The position numbers were made by a program, and so were the translations under genes. From positions 166,286,001-166,350,000 of the forward strand of contig NC_058368.1 in the NCBI RefSeq assembly GCF_018350175.1: DNA of 64,000 nucleotides, read 5' to 3'. How positions within the stretch are numbered: the first letter of the stretch is position 1; each line of letters starts with the position of its first letter. The notes beneath the pieces are model-generated. The model had not been told where the DNA came from, ran no database searches, and saw only the letters and a program-made list of their open reading frames with translations. This document shows positions 12,669 to 25,571 of this stretch, in pieces. This DNA is from Felis catus. Lineage: Eukaryota.

Positions 12669-13106
12669 TGTATCAGTTTCCTAGGGGTTCTGTAACAAAT
12701 TACAATAATCTGTGTGACTTAAAATAACAGAAATTTCTGTCAAAGTTCTGGAAGCTAGAATTAAAAAAATCAAGCTGTCATCAGAGGCATATAGGGAAGA
12801 ATCCTTTCCTGACTCTTCCATTTTGTAGTGGTTGCCAGGAATCCTTGGCATAGCTTGGCTTTGTAAATGCATCTGACTTAGTTTTTTGCCTGGTTTCTTC
12901 CCTCTGTGTTTCTTTTCTGTGTTTTCATATTTAAGCCACCCTCTCCTTTCATTATAAACACACTGGTCATTGGATTTAGGGCACAGCATGAACTCACCTT
13001 AACTTGATTACATTGCAGACTTTCCAAATGAGATCACATTCATAGGTATTGGGGATTAGGACTTGAACATATCTTTTTTTATAGGCAAACAATTCAACCC
13101 ACCACA
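12669..13106 (-). mobile_element. MaLR solo LTR (MLT1B/C-like)
   Basis: TG...CA termini; exact 5-bp TSD ccttt at 12664-12668 and 13107-13111; ends match the MLT1 consensus from recall. Confidence 0.9.
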
Positions 13107-13583
13107 CCTTTGCTGGAAGTCTTTTAGGGAAATGGTCTTAGAGTCTTAATTGCCTTTTGGAAGCTTCATCATATCAAAGCAGACACATTTTTCATTTTCT
13201 CTCTTAAGGCACCAGATAAATGAAAACTCTTCTCCAATACTAAAAATTCCCCATGTTCCTGTGGCCACAGTAATGCAAAATTGTCCTTAGCTGGATTGTG
13301 CCACTTGGAGAGATAAGCAAATGAATGAGCAGAATAGTATGTATACATGAGAAAAATGGGCTTCCAACCCAGTGGATTGGATTGCAGGGTCAGCATGAGA
13401 TGACCCGATGAGAAATGTATAGTTGGTAAAAATGATTCTTGTATAACTTTCTGTCTATACAGTCTAGTTTAAAAAAATGCCATCAGCAAGATTCTGACAA
13501 AATCCTGGCCTAAACAAAGATATTTTCAGGGACACAAAAAGCACAGAGGGTAGTCCTTATATGGTTTTTAAAGGTGACTTAGA

Positions 13584-13840
13584 GGGGCATCTGGGTGGCT
13601 CAGTTAGATAAGTGTCTGACTTCAGATCAGATGATGATCTCATGGTGGTGATGATCTCATGGTTCATGAGATCCATGAGCCCACACAGGGCTCTCTGCTG
13701 TCAGTGCAGAGCCAACTTCATATCCTCTGCCTCTCTCTCTCTCTCTCTCTCTGCCCTTTACGTGTGTGCGTGTGTGCGTTTGCGTGCTTGCGCACTCATG
13801 GTCTCTCTCTTTCTCAAAAATAAATAAACATTAAAATAAA
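13584..13840 (+). mobile_element. Can-SINE with small internal duplication
   Basis: ggggcatctgggtggctcag head; 'atgatctcatggt' present twice; CT body and A tail. Confidence 0.88.
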
Positions 13841-14795
13841 AAGGTTTATTTAGAGGAAATTTATTTAGAGGAAATATTTCCACAGGGTGCCCAACTGAAG
13901 AGGCTTTCTGAATGTGGCTCCCGGGCTAGTTAAAAAGTAAGCTTATCAGGATAGGCCAGCCCCTTCCTATAGACTTCTTCTAATAGAGAACATATAAGGC
14001 ACATATATCAAAGAAAATACAGGCAACCTGAAGCGTAAAAGCCAAAATTTCCAAGAGAACACCAAAGAGTGATCAAAAGGCATATCCTGAGAAGCAAATA
14101 AATCTATCATGATGAACCCTGAAATGCTACTCAACTAAAAGAGGAAGCAATTTTTGCTAAGTTTCTGCTGAACATTTTTGAAGAGGGTCTAAAAGAAGTA
14201 GGATCCATTCTGAATTCTGTTCTTCCTAAAGTAGGATTAGAAGTGGGAATTAACTAGGAATTGTGTGCTTTCATGTATTAAGGGCAATTTAGCAATTGAG
14301 TATCTATAGTAATAAATGAAAGTATGTCTGAGGTTTTCATTGGTAAGAAAGCAGTAGTCACTCAGTAAGGTGTTGCTAAAGCATTTTACAACAGCTGCAT
14401 GAACTTGAAGGAAACAATGTTTTCTTTTAACTTTGGAACTGGCTTTATCTTATCTCCTCATCCTGACTGGGAAGGACTGCTTTTTATCTTTTCAGGCTGG
14501 GCCAGTTTTCTCTCTTTCAATTCTGGATGGATTTTGGCTTCTTTAAATTATATCATAAATACTCCTTACTAAGATATTTTTAATTTTTTTGAATCAATGT
14601 CTAAACAAAATACCAGAATTTCTGTAATGATTGGAAAACAGAATTAAAATGTTATAAATCTGATGATAAATTGTTATTTTATAGTTAACAGAAGTGTGGA
14701 GGTAGCAGACAAAGAAGGAAACACAGGGAATATTAATTTCCTCATTAAGAGACACGAGAAATAACGTTTGAATTCTATTATTAAAAGTTATAGAG

Positions 14796-15723
14796 AGATA
14801 TAGCGGCAAGATGGCGGCTTAGGAGGACGCTGGGCTCACCGCACGTCCTGCTGATCACTTAGATTCCACCTACACCTGCCTAAATAACCCAGAAAACCGC
14901 CAGAGGATTAGCAGAACGGAGTCGCCGGAGCGAAACGCAGACGAGAGGCCCACGGAAGAGGGTAGGAAGGGCGGCGAGGCGGTTCGCGCTCCACGGACTG
15001 GCGGGAGGGAGCCGGGGCGGAGGGGCGGCTCCCCGGCCAAGCAGAGCCCCTGAGTCTGGCTGGCAAAAGCGGAGGGGCCTGAAGGACTGTGTTCCCACAA
15101 CAAGCGCGACTTAGCGTCTGGGAGGTCATAAGTTAACAGCTCTGCTCGGAAAGCGGGAAGGCTGGAGGACAAAGGGAGGGAGAGCTGCTGAGCCCCCTGA
15201 CGACAGAGCTCAGTTTGGTGGGGAACAAAGGCGCTCGCCAGCGCCATCTCCCCCGCCCATCCCCCAGCCAAAATCCCAAAGAGAACCGGTTCCTGCCAGG
15301 GAACTTGCTCCCTCCTCACAAACACCCAACTCTGTGCTTCTGCAGAGCCAAACCTCTGGCAGCGGATCTGACTCCCTCCCGCTGCCACAGGGCCCCTCCT
15401 GAAGTGGATCACCTAAGGAGAAGCGATCTAAGCCTGCCCCTCCTGCCCCTGTGCACCTTGCCTACCCACCCCAGCTAATACACCAGATCCCCAGCATCAC
15501 AAGCCTGGCAGTGTGCAAGTAGCCCAGAAGGGCCACAACACCCCACAGTGACCCACCCCTAGGAGAGGGGAAGAGAAGGCACACACCAGTCTGACTGTGG
15601 CCCCAGCGGTGGGCTGGAGGCAGACATCAGGTCTGACTGCGGCCCCGCCCACCAACTCCAGTTATACACCACAGCACAGGGGAAGTGCCCTGCAGGTCCT
15701 CACCACGCCAGGGACTATCCAAA
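14796..15723 (+). promoter_or_regulatory. L1 5'UTR internal promoter, CpG-rich, with YY1 site
   Basis: CAAGATGGCGGC at 14807-14818 matches the YY1 consensus; dense CpGs against an AT-rich background. Confidence 0.85.
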
Positions 15724-16617
15724 ATGACCAAGCGGAAGAATTCTCCTCAGAAGAATCTCCAGGAAATAACAACAGCTAATGAGCTGATCAAAAAGGATTT
15801 AAATAATATAACAGAAAGTGAATTTAGAATAATAGTAATAAAATTAATCGCTGGGCTTGAAAACAGTATACAGGACAGCAGAGAATCTCTTGCTACAGAG
15901 ATCAAGGGACTAAGGAACAGTCATGAGGAGCTGAAAAACGCTTTAAACAAAATGCATAACAAAATGGAAACCACCACAGCTCAGCTTGAAGAGGCAGAGG
16001 AGAGAACAGGTGAACTAGAAGATAAAGTTATGGAAAAAGAGGAAGCTGAGATAAAGAGAGATAAAAAAATCCAGGAGTATGAGGGGAAAATTAGAGAACT
16101 AAGTGATACACTAAAAAGAAATAATATATGCATAATTGGTATCCCAGAGGAGGAAGAGAAAGGGAAAGGTGCTGAAGGGGTACTTGAAGAAATAATAGCT
16201 GAGAACTTCCCTGAACTGGGGAAGGAAAAAGGCATTGAAATCCAAGAGGCACAGAGAACTCCCTTCAGACGTAACTTGAATCGATCTTATGCACGACATA
16301 TCATAGTGAAACTGGCAAAATACAAGGATAAAGAGAAAATTCTGAAAGCAGCAAGGGATAAACGTGCCCTCACATATAAAGGGAGACCTATAAGACTCGT
16401 GACTGATCTCTCTTTTGAAACTTGGCAGGCCAGAAAGAATTGGCACGCGATTTTCAGTGTGCTAGACAGAAAAAATATGCAGCCGAGAATCCTTTATCCA
16501 GCAAGTCTGTCATTTAGAATAGAAGGAGAGATAAAGGTCTTCCCAAACAAACAAAAACTGAAGGAATTTGTCACCACTAAACCAGCCCTACAAGAGATCC
16601 TAAGGGGGACCCTGTGA
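15724..16617 (+). CDS. L1 ORF1p (coiled coil, RRM, CTD), 297 aa, uninterrupted
   Basis: ATG at 15724 ([10 protein letters not shown]); motifs [41 protein letters not shown]. Confidence 0.93.
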   Translation: MTKRKNSPQKNLQEITTANELIKKDLNNITESEFRIIVIKLIAGLENSIQDSRESLATEIKGLRNSHEELKNALNKMHNKMETTTAQLEEAEERTGELEDKVMEKEEAEIKRDKKIQEYEGKIRELSDTLKRNNICIIGIPEEEEKGKGAEGVLEEIIAENFPELGKEKGIEIQEAQRTPFRRNLNRSYARHIIVKLAKYKDKEKILKAARDKRALTYKGRPIRLVTDLSFETWQARKNWHAIFSVLDRKNMQPRILYPASLSFRIEGEIKVFPNKQKLKEFVTTKPALQEILRGTL

Positions 16618-16667
16618 GACAAAGTCCCAGAGACATCACTACAAGCATAAAACATACAGACATCACA

Positions 16668-19600
16668 ATGACTCTAAACCCGTATCTTTCTATAATAACA
16701 CTGAATGTAAATGGATTAAATGCGCCAACCAAAAGACATAGGGTATCAGAATGGATAAAAAAACAAGACCCATCTATTTGCTGTCTACAAGAGACTCATT
16801 TTAGACCTGAGGACACCTTCAGATTGAGAGTGAGGGATTGGAGAACTATTTATCATGCTACTGGAAGCCAAAAGAAAGCTGGAGTAGCCATACTTATATC
16901 AGACAAACTAGACTTTAAAGTAAAGGCTGTAACAAGAGATGAAGAAGGACATTATATAATAGTTACAGGGTCTATCCATCAGGAAGAGCTAACAATTATA
17001 AATGTCTATGCGCCGACTACCGGAGCCCCCAAATATATAAAACAATTACTCATAAACATAAGCAACCTTATCGATAAGAATGTGGTAATTGCAGGGGACT
17101 TTAACACCCCACTTACAGAAATGGATAGATCATCTAGACACACGGTCAATAAAGAAACAAGGGCCCTGAATGAGACATTGGATCAGATGGACTTGACAGA
17201 TATATTTAGAACTCTACATCCCAAAGCAACAGAATATACTTTCTTCTCGAGTGCACATGGAACATTCTCCAAGATAGATCATATACTGGATCACAAAACA
17301 GCCCTTCATAAGTTTACAAGAATTGAAATTATACCATGCATACTTTCAGACCACAATGCTATGAAGCTTGAAATCAACCACAGAAAAAAGTCTGAAAAAC
17401 CCCCAAAAGCATGGAGGTTAAAGAACACCCTACTAACGAATGAGTGGGTCAACCAGGCAATTAGAGAAGAAATTAAAAAATATATGGAAACAAACGAAAA
17501 TGAAAATACAACAATCCAAACGCTTTGGGACGCAGTGAAGGCACTCCTGAGAGGAAAATACATTGCAATCCAGGCCTATCTCAAGAAACAAGAAAAATCC
17601 CAAATACAAAATCTAACAGCACACCTAAAGGAACTAGAAGCAGAACAGCAAAGGCAGCCTAAACCCAGCAGAAGAAGAGAAATAATAAAGATCAGAGCAG
17701 AAATAAACAATATAGAATCTAAAAAAACTGTAGAGCAGATCAACGAAACCAAGAGTTGGTTTTTTGAAAAAATAAACAAAATTGACAAACCTCTAGCCAG
17801 GCTTCTCAAAAAGAAAAGGGAGATGACCCAAATGGATAAAATCATGAATGAAAATGGAATTATTACAACCAATCCCTCAGAGATACAAACAATTATCAGG
17901 GAATACTATGAAAAATAATATGCCAACAAATTGGACAACCTGGAAGAAATGGACAAATTCCTGAACACCCATACTCTTCCAAAACTCAATCAGGAGGAAA
18001 TAGAAAGCTTGAACAGACCCATAACCAGAGAAGAAATTGAATCGGTTATCAAAAATCTCCCAACAAATAAGAGTCCAGGACCAGATGGCTTCCCAGGGGA
18101 GTTCTACCAGACGTTGAAAGCAGAGATAATACCTATCCTTCTCAAGCTATTCCAAGAAATAGAAGGGGAAGAAAGACTTCCAGACTCATTCTATGAAGCC
18201 AGTATCACTCTGATTCCTAAACCAGACAGAGACCCAGTAAAAAAAGAGAACTACAGGCCAATATCCCTGATGAATATGGATGCAAAAATTCTCAATAAGA
18301 TACTAGCAAATCGAATTCAACAGCATATAAAAAGAATTATTCACCATGATCAAGTGGGATTCATTCCTGGGATGCAGGGCTGGTTCAACATTCGCAAATC
18401 AATCAACGTGATACATCACATTAACAACAAAAAAAGAGAAGAACCATATGATCCTGTCAATCGATGCAGAAAAGGCCTTTGACAAAATCCAGCACCCTTT
18501 CTTAATAAAAACCCTTGAGAAAGTCGGGATAGAAGGAACATACTTAAAGATCATAAAGCCATTTATGAAAAGCCCACAGCTAACATTATCCTCAACGGGG
18601 AAAAACTGAGAGCTTTTTCCCTGAGTTCAGGAACATGACAAGGATGCCCACTCTCACCGCTGCTGTTTAACATAGTACTGGAAGTTCTAGCATCAGCAAT
18701 CAGACAACAAAAGGAAATCAAAGGCATCAAAATTGGCAAAGATGAAGTCAAGCTTTCGCTTTTTGCAGATGACATGATATTATACATGGAAAATCCGATA
18801 GACTCCACCAAAAGTCGGCTAGAACTGATACAGGAATTCAGCAAAGTTGCAGGATACAAAATCAATGTACAGAAATCAGTTGCATTCTTATACACTAACA
18901 ATGAAGCAACAGAAAGACAAATAAAGAAACTGATCCCATTCACAATTGCACCAAGAAGCATAAAATACCTAGGAATAAATCTAACCAAAGATGTAAAGGA
19001 TCTGTATGCTGAAAACTATAGAGAGCTTATGAAGGAAATTGAAGAAGATTTAAAGAAATGGAAAGACATTCCCTGCTCATGGATTGGAAAAATAAATATT
19101 GTCAAAATGTCAATACTACTCAAAGCTATCTACACATTCAATGCAATCCCAATCAAAATTGCACCAGCATTCTTCTCAAAACTAGAACAAGCAGTCCTAA
19201 AATTCATATGGAACCACAAAAGGCCCCGAATAGCCAAAGGAATTTTGAAGAAGAAGACCAAAGCAGGAGGCATCACAATCCCAGACTTTAGCCTCTCCTA
19301 CAAAGCTGTCATCATCAAGACAGCATGGTATTGGCACAAAAACAGACACATAGACCAATGGAATAGAATAGAAACCCCAGAACTAGACCCACAAACGTAT
19401 GGCCAACTCATCTTTGACAAAGCAGGAAAGAACATCCAATGGAAAAAAGACAGCCTCTTTAACAAATGGTGCTGGGAGAACTGGACAGCAACATGCAGAA
19501 GGTTGAAACTAGACCACTTTCTCACACCATTCACAAAAATAAACTCCAAATGGATAAAGGACCTAAATGTGAGACAGGAAACCATCAAAACCTTAGAGGA

Positions 19601-20492
19601 GAAAGCAGGAAAAGACCTCTCTGACCTCAGCCGTAGCAATCTCTTACTCGACACATCCCCAAAGGCAAGGGAATTAAAAGCAAAAGTGAATTACTGGGAC
19701 CTTATGAAGATAAAAAGCTTCTGCACAGCAAAGGAAACAACCAACAAAACTAAAAGGCAACCAACGGAATGGGAAAAGATATTTGCAAATGACATATCGG
19801 ACAAAGGGCTAGTATGCAAAATCTATAAAGAGCTCACCAAACTCCACACCCGAAAAACAAATAACCCAGTGAAGAAATGGGCAGAAAACATGAATAGACA
19901 CTTCTCTAAAGAAGACATCCGGATGGCCAACAGGCACATGAAAAGATGTTCAGCGTCGCTCCTTATCAGGGAAATACAAATCAAAACCACACTCAGGTAT
20001 CACCTCACGCCAGTCAGAGTGGCCAAAATGAACAAATCAGGAGACTATAGATGCTGGAGAGGATGTGGAGAAATGGGAACCCTCTTGCACTGTTGGTGGG
20101 AATGCAAATTGGTGCAGCCGCTCTGGAAAGCAGTGTGGAAGTTCCTCAGAAAATTAAAAATAGACCTACCCTATGACCCAGCAATAGCACTGCTAGGAAT
20201 TTACCCAAGGGATACAGGAGTACTGATGCATAGGGCCACTTGTACCCCAATGTTCATAGCAGCACTCTCAACAATAGCCAAATTATGGAAAGAGCCTAAA
20301 TGTCCATCAACTGATGAATGGATAAAGAAATTGTGGTTTACATACACAATGGAATACTACGTGGCAATGAGAAAAAATGAAATATGGCCTTTTGTAGCAA
20401 CGTGGATGGAACTGGAGAGTGTGATGCTAAGTGAAATAAGCCATACGGAGAAAGACAGATACCATATGGTTTCACTCTTCTGTGGATCCTGA
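16668..20492 (+). pseudogene. L1 ORF2p (APE endonuclease, reverse transcriptase, Cys-rich domain), disrupted
   Basis: LNVNGLN, CCLQETH, GDFNTPL, SDHN (EN); [18 protein letters not shown] at 18762-18773 (RT); [18 protein letters not shown]; in-frame stops at 17916 and 18636, +1 near 18430, -1 near 18556. Confidence 0.96.
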
Positions 20493-20857
20493 GAAACTTA
20501 ACAGAAACCCATGGGGGAGGGGAAGGGAAAAAAAAAAGAGGTTAGAGTGGGAGAGAGCCAAAGCATAAGAGACTGTTAAAAACTGAGAACAAACTGAGGG
20601 TTGATGGGGGTGGGAGGGAGGAGAGGGTGGGTGATGGGTATTGAGGAGGGCACCTTTTGGGATGAGCACTGGGTGTTGTATGGAAACAGTTTGTCAATAA
20701 ATTTCATATATATATAAAAAAAGTTATAGAGTTACTAAGAACTAATATAAAGATAACAATATAAACGGTAAAAAGAGATTAGACAATGTATTTCAGTTAG
20801 TATAATCCACTGTCTTTGATATCTGGAAGAAGAACTATTAAAAGTTTGATTAATTGA

Positions 20858-21084
20858 GGGGCACCTGGGTAGCTCAGTTGGTTAGGCATCTGACTTCGGC
20901 TCAGGTTATGATCTTGCGGTTCTTGAGTTTGAGCCCTGCATCAGGCTCTGTGCTGAGAGCTTGAAGCCTGGAGCCTGCTTCAGATTCTGTGTTTCCCTGT
21001 CTCTCTGCCCCTCCTCTGCTCACGCTCTGTCTCTCTCTCTTGCTCTCTCTCAAAAATAAATAGACATTAAAATGTTTTTTAAAA
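20858..21084 (+). mobile_element. Can-SINE
   Basis: TSD tttgattaattgag at 20845-20858 and 21085-21098. Confidence 0.93.
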
Positions 21085-21339
21085 TTTGATTAATTGAGAA
21101 ATACAGACATACTATGGAGATAATAACCAGAAAGCTGACAAAAGAAATGCTTCTAAATACTTACAAGTGTTTGCCTTTGGAGCCTGAAACTGCTGGTGAA
21201 TTTCTGAGGTAGCAGAATGCTGTCTTGGTTGTTGTTACTGGTATTGTTGTTGTTTTGTGTTTTTTTTTAAGCTAATGTATGTATAATTTTGATGAATTTT
21301 TTGAAAAGTGTGGAAGAATTATATACAGTGTTTAACATT

Positions 21340-22609
21340 TTCCTGGAGCACCTAAATGGAGATTTGCATAAATGGAAAAATATGATTGTTTTGGATTTAA
21401 AGCATCTATATCATAAAGTTATCAATTCTCCCTACACACACATAGATGTACATGGATGTGTAGATATTCCTCAAAAAGAACGGATTTGTTTGTTTATAAA
21501 TGTGAATATATAACTTACAAAAACTTGGCTCTAGGAAGAAAAACAGATGTAGAAAACTTTCCGGAAGAAATCATGCAGAGAAGTATTACTGAGTAATTTT
21601 CCAAAATTAATACTAAATATACACTAATTAAAATGTAGTGTAGTCACAGGGATAAACAGACAAAAAGATCAGCAGATCATAATAGAAAACCAGGGGGAAT
21701 AAAAACACTACTAGATATGTGTATTTTCAATTTGCATTTCAAATCAGTGCAGAAAAAATGTATTGTTTATTTAATGATATTAAATGATAACTTTCTAAAT
21801 TTTATTAAATAAATGAGATTGAATCATTCTCTTATCTATTATAAGACAATGTTCAAGTGAATCAATATTCTAAATTTAAAAGAATGAAAACATAAAATTA
21901 CCAGAGGAATATAATAGATTTACACACACACAGACACACATATATGATCTTGGAGTGGGAAGGACTTCTCTAAACCTGAAATAAAACTCTAGGCTAACAA
22001 TTTTGTTTTTAATTTTTTACAAGTTCTATAATAAAACTCAGTCTGAACAAAGTGTAATAAAACTCAGGAAAAATGGCAACGTTTATGATAGTCATGATTT
22101 CCATAAATCATTTATATGAATCATAAAAATGAAGAACCTAATAAAAGAAAAGGAAACAATTGATAGAAAAATATTCAAAGGATATGAAAGATATATAGAA
22201 AAAAGTCTTGGAAATATTTAAATTTATCTTTTCTATAGAAATTTAAATATTAATTCACTTAGAATTTTGGCAAGTATAAATATTATAATATTAAGTTGAA
22301 TGTTATTAAATAGCCAATTTCCAACAATTTAAAAATGTACAAATCTACAATTTTATAATTTTCAACTTAAATATCACTAGTTTCAGAAGAGCATGGAAGC
22401 AGATATTTTCATACTTGTTAACTAAATTGGATAAGCAGTGTGAAAAAACTTTGGCAATATCTATTAAAATTGAAGTTAAGTTCTGGGGGTAGATCTCACT
22501 TTTTTACCCACTGACATTAAATACAGCATTGTTTTTTTTTTTATAGTAAATGAAAACTAATTTTTGGAACAATCTAATAAATAGATCTAATTGAAATATT
22601 TTCCAGTTT

Positions 22610-22641
<32 letters not shown>

Positions 22642-22648
22642 TTTTTGG

Positions 22649-22688
<40 letters not shown>

Positions 22689-23110
22689 ATGAATGGGGGA
22701 GGGGCAGAGAGAGAGGGAGACACAGAATCGGAAACAGGCTCCAGGCTCCGAGCCATCAGCCCAGAGCCTGATGCGGGGCTCGAACTCAGGGACCGCGAGA
22801 TTGTGACCTGGCTGAAGTCGGACACTTAACCAACTGCGCCACCCAGGCGCCCCAATATTTTCCAGTTTAAAAGAATAAGGCAAATTCTATGCATTTATAT
22901 ACAAAATCTGCCAATATTGTTAGTGTAAAATGATACAGAAGCTTTTGTACTACACACGTATACATATCCATTTGCCTGGAACGGTTTGACACAGACTGCA
23001 ATGACAAAATAAGTGGTGGATGATTTCTGTCTGAGGGACATAAAACTGATGGATTGTCTTCGAAGGGACACATAGTTTTATTCTGAATTATTTTGCTCTA
23101 TTTAATTTGT
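21340..23110 (+). mobile_element. Highly decayed ancient L1M ORF2/3' relic, interrupted by a SINE
   Basis: A-rich, 'DLHKWKNM'-like remnant, 'catttcaaatcagtg', 'tttggcaatatctattaaaatt'; boundaries approximate. Confidence 0.45.
22611..22853 (-). mobile_element. Young Can-SINE with expanded (GA)n
   Basis: TSD aatattttccagttta at 22595-22610 and 22854-22869. Confidence 0.96.
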
Positions 23111-25487
23111 TACTGTTTATAAATTATATTAATATCTTTAAAGCTGATTGTTTAAAAAATATTATCTTCCTATTGAAACAGAATTATTTACAATACCCAA
23201 AACATCCATATTATCCCTTAAATTTGAAACTTTGTCAGTCCAGCATCCTCCAATTCTATTCTTAACTTCCAGACAACTGTTATTCCCTAATTTATCTTTC
23301 AAGCCTCAACTTCCATGTTATTTACTCTAGGAACTTACTTGCATGAACTGTAAGACTTGCTTAGATGCCCCTATATCAAAGCACTCTACACTCATTGACT
23401 TTATGGTACTATCACATTATTTCATAATTGTCTGTCTTTTGCATTTCCTCAACATTCCAAAAGCTCCTGAAAGAAAACCACATTGCCACATTCAGAATTG
23501 TAACTCTTGCAGCTGAAATAGATTTTAGGATATCATTTATACTCAATAAAATAGGTTGTGGTACTAAAGGAATTCTGAGTAAAATGTAGGTAAAATCTAG
23601 GAAATATAATTGGAGAGAAAAAAAAAACAAGAAAAGACAGAAGAAATCAAAATTTTTACTTGTCTAATTAATAATTTTGTCTATGACTTGACTTTGTCCT
23701 TGGTTGCCAAAGTAGGGCTTTAGCAAATTTTAGGTTCATAGATGATAGCAACATCAGTGTGATAGGGTCTTCAAGGATATGCTCAATGTGATATTCTATC
23801 AAGTGAGGCAAAATAACACAACCATTGCCTCTGACAATCTTTGCCTAAGAACACCACAGCAGTCCTATATGGAAAGTAGAGAGCCTGGTTTGACAAAAAC
23901 CTAGATTATTTTTAGAAGCAATCAGACTGGAAAGAAATACACAGGGTAAAGTAGTGGGAAATGCCTTTATGTGTAACTTTAATGTCTTCAACTATAATTT
24001 ATGTCACTTCAGCAAGGCCATTACTCCATAATAAAAAATTCTTCCTTTTTGTTTTACAGGAAGATTGAAATTGAAATTAATACCTAAATGTAGAAGCATG
24101 ATGAACTGCCTGTCGGTGAGGTCTGCTTGTACTTTTATAAAGTTCAATATCTAGTTCTTCTTGGGCACTGTGACTCATTTTCACTGAAATCATTTGTGGC
24201 ATTATAGAAAGAAAAGAGATAGTATACTCTTAGTAGTATATGAAATTTCTTCTAGGTTCTTATAATATCTGGTGCCACTTTACAGCCTAAGACAATTTTA
24301 TGTTCACATTCATATCATTTATTACCTAATAATAAGAAGGCTAAATGAAAAAAAATGTATATAACAAGCAAGTAAAAAGTACAGTTTTGAGGCTAGAAGT
24401 TCATTACTGAACTTGGATGCAGGTACTTTGATGCTGCTAACCCATATCCTGTTTGGACTTATTAAAGTCAATATTGAATATCTCATCACCATTTTCATTC
24501 CCAAGATACTATAATTATTCTCCACAGACTTAAAATGAACATATTGTTATTCAATTTGGCTGGCTATACTAAACTGAATGATCTTTCCTTCTACAATATT
24601 TACTTTATAGATGTTGTATATCAGTCTTTTGATCAAATGAATGTGCAAACGGTGACTTCACAAGCTTTAGCTGTGTGATCATTACTATGGGGCTATAACT
24701 CCTAGTATTTTTCCTTTAATAACATCTAGCTAGTCAGGAAAAGTCTAAGATGTTTTATGACTGAGAAGGAAAGCAGGGGAAATAATTTAGGTTTCTATTT
24801 TTTCATTTAAAAACTAAGTTGGCAACTCCTGCCAAACCTATTTCATGAGTGTTCTGTGAAAATAAAATGAGATGAACTATTGTGAAAATATAGTATAAAT
24901 TGTACATACATACAAATAATAGTATGCATATAGTTAAGAATTGCTGTTGTCATTTAGAGTAATGATTGCAGAAAATCATCTTTCTTTGCCCTCCTCCCTC
25001 TTTCCCTTTTTATTCATCCTCATTAAAATTTTCTTATCTTTCTTCTGAACTAAAAAAAGATTCCAACAAAATATCCACTTATCCTATCCCTAGACTATTA
25101 TTCCTTCTTAATCTCTCATTAATCCTTTGGCTACATGTGGACTTTTATTGGTAGATGGGTTTGAAGCTTTGAGTTTACATTACTACTCTGTCCAAATCAC
25201 AGGCTAAGCTTCCCCAAAGCAAATCTTTTCCCAAGATTTTCCTGTAAGGTTCACAAGATGAAGAAGGTACAATGTAGACATTAACATCAAATTTCAATTG
25301 AATGTGCCTTCTGTGATATTCCATGGACACACTTGTAGCATCTTTGACGTAGTTCCCAGCCTCCTATAGAGGACCGATGCCAATTATTCTCTGCTTCCCA
25401 CTCAAGTGATTCATGTATTTATTATCCAGAATTCAGAAGCACAGAAAGGGTGGGAGGGAGCGAGGGAGGGAGGGAAAGACAGAGTGA

Positions 25488-25505
25488 GAAAGAAAGAAAG
25501 AAGGA

Positions 25506-25569
<64 letters not shown>

Positions 25570-25571
25570 AA
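25488..25571. repeat. (GAAA)n tetranucleotide microsatellite
   Basis: Read directly. Confidence 0.97.

Larger units (their letters stand above)
14796..20718 (+). mobile_element. Full-length young LINE-1, retrotransposition-defective
   Basis: 13-bp TSD aaaagttatagag (14783-14795 and 20719-20731) at a TT/AAAA endonuclease site; GC-rich 5'UTR, ORF1, ORF2, G-rich 3'UTR, AATAAA at 20696-20701. Confidence 0.98.

Noticed and set aside
13846..13875. 15-bp tandem duplication ttatttagaggaaat beside a SINE tail
   Set aside because: Real but ordinary slippage-type duplication.
15981..19654. Multiple minus-strand ORFs within L1 ORF1/ORF2
   Set aside because: Antisense shadows of A-rich L1 coding sequence.
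24060..24115. Candidate 56-nt exon (polypyrimidine-cag ... gtgagg)
   Set aside because: Splice-like signals only; no partner exons or recognisable peptide; needs RNA-seq.
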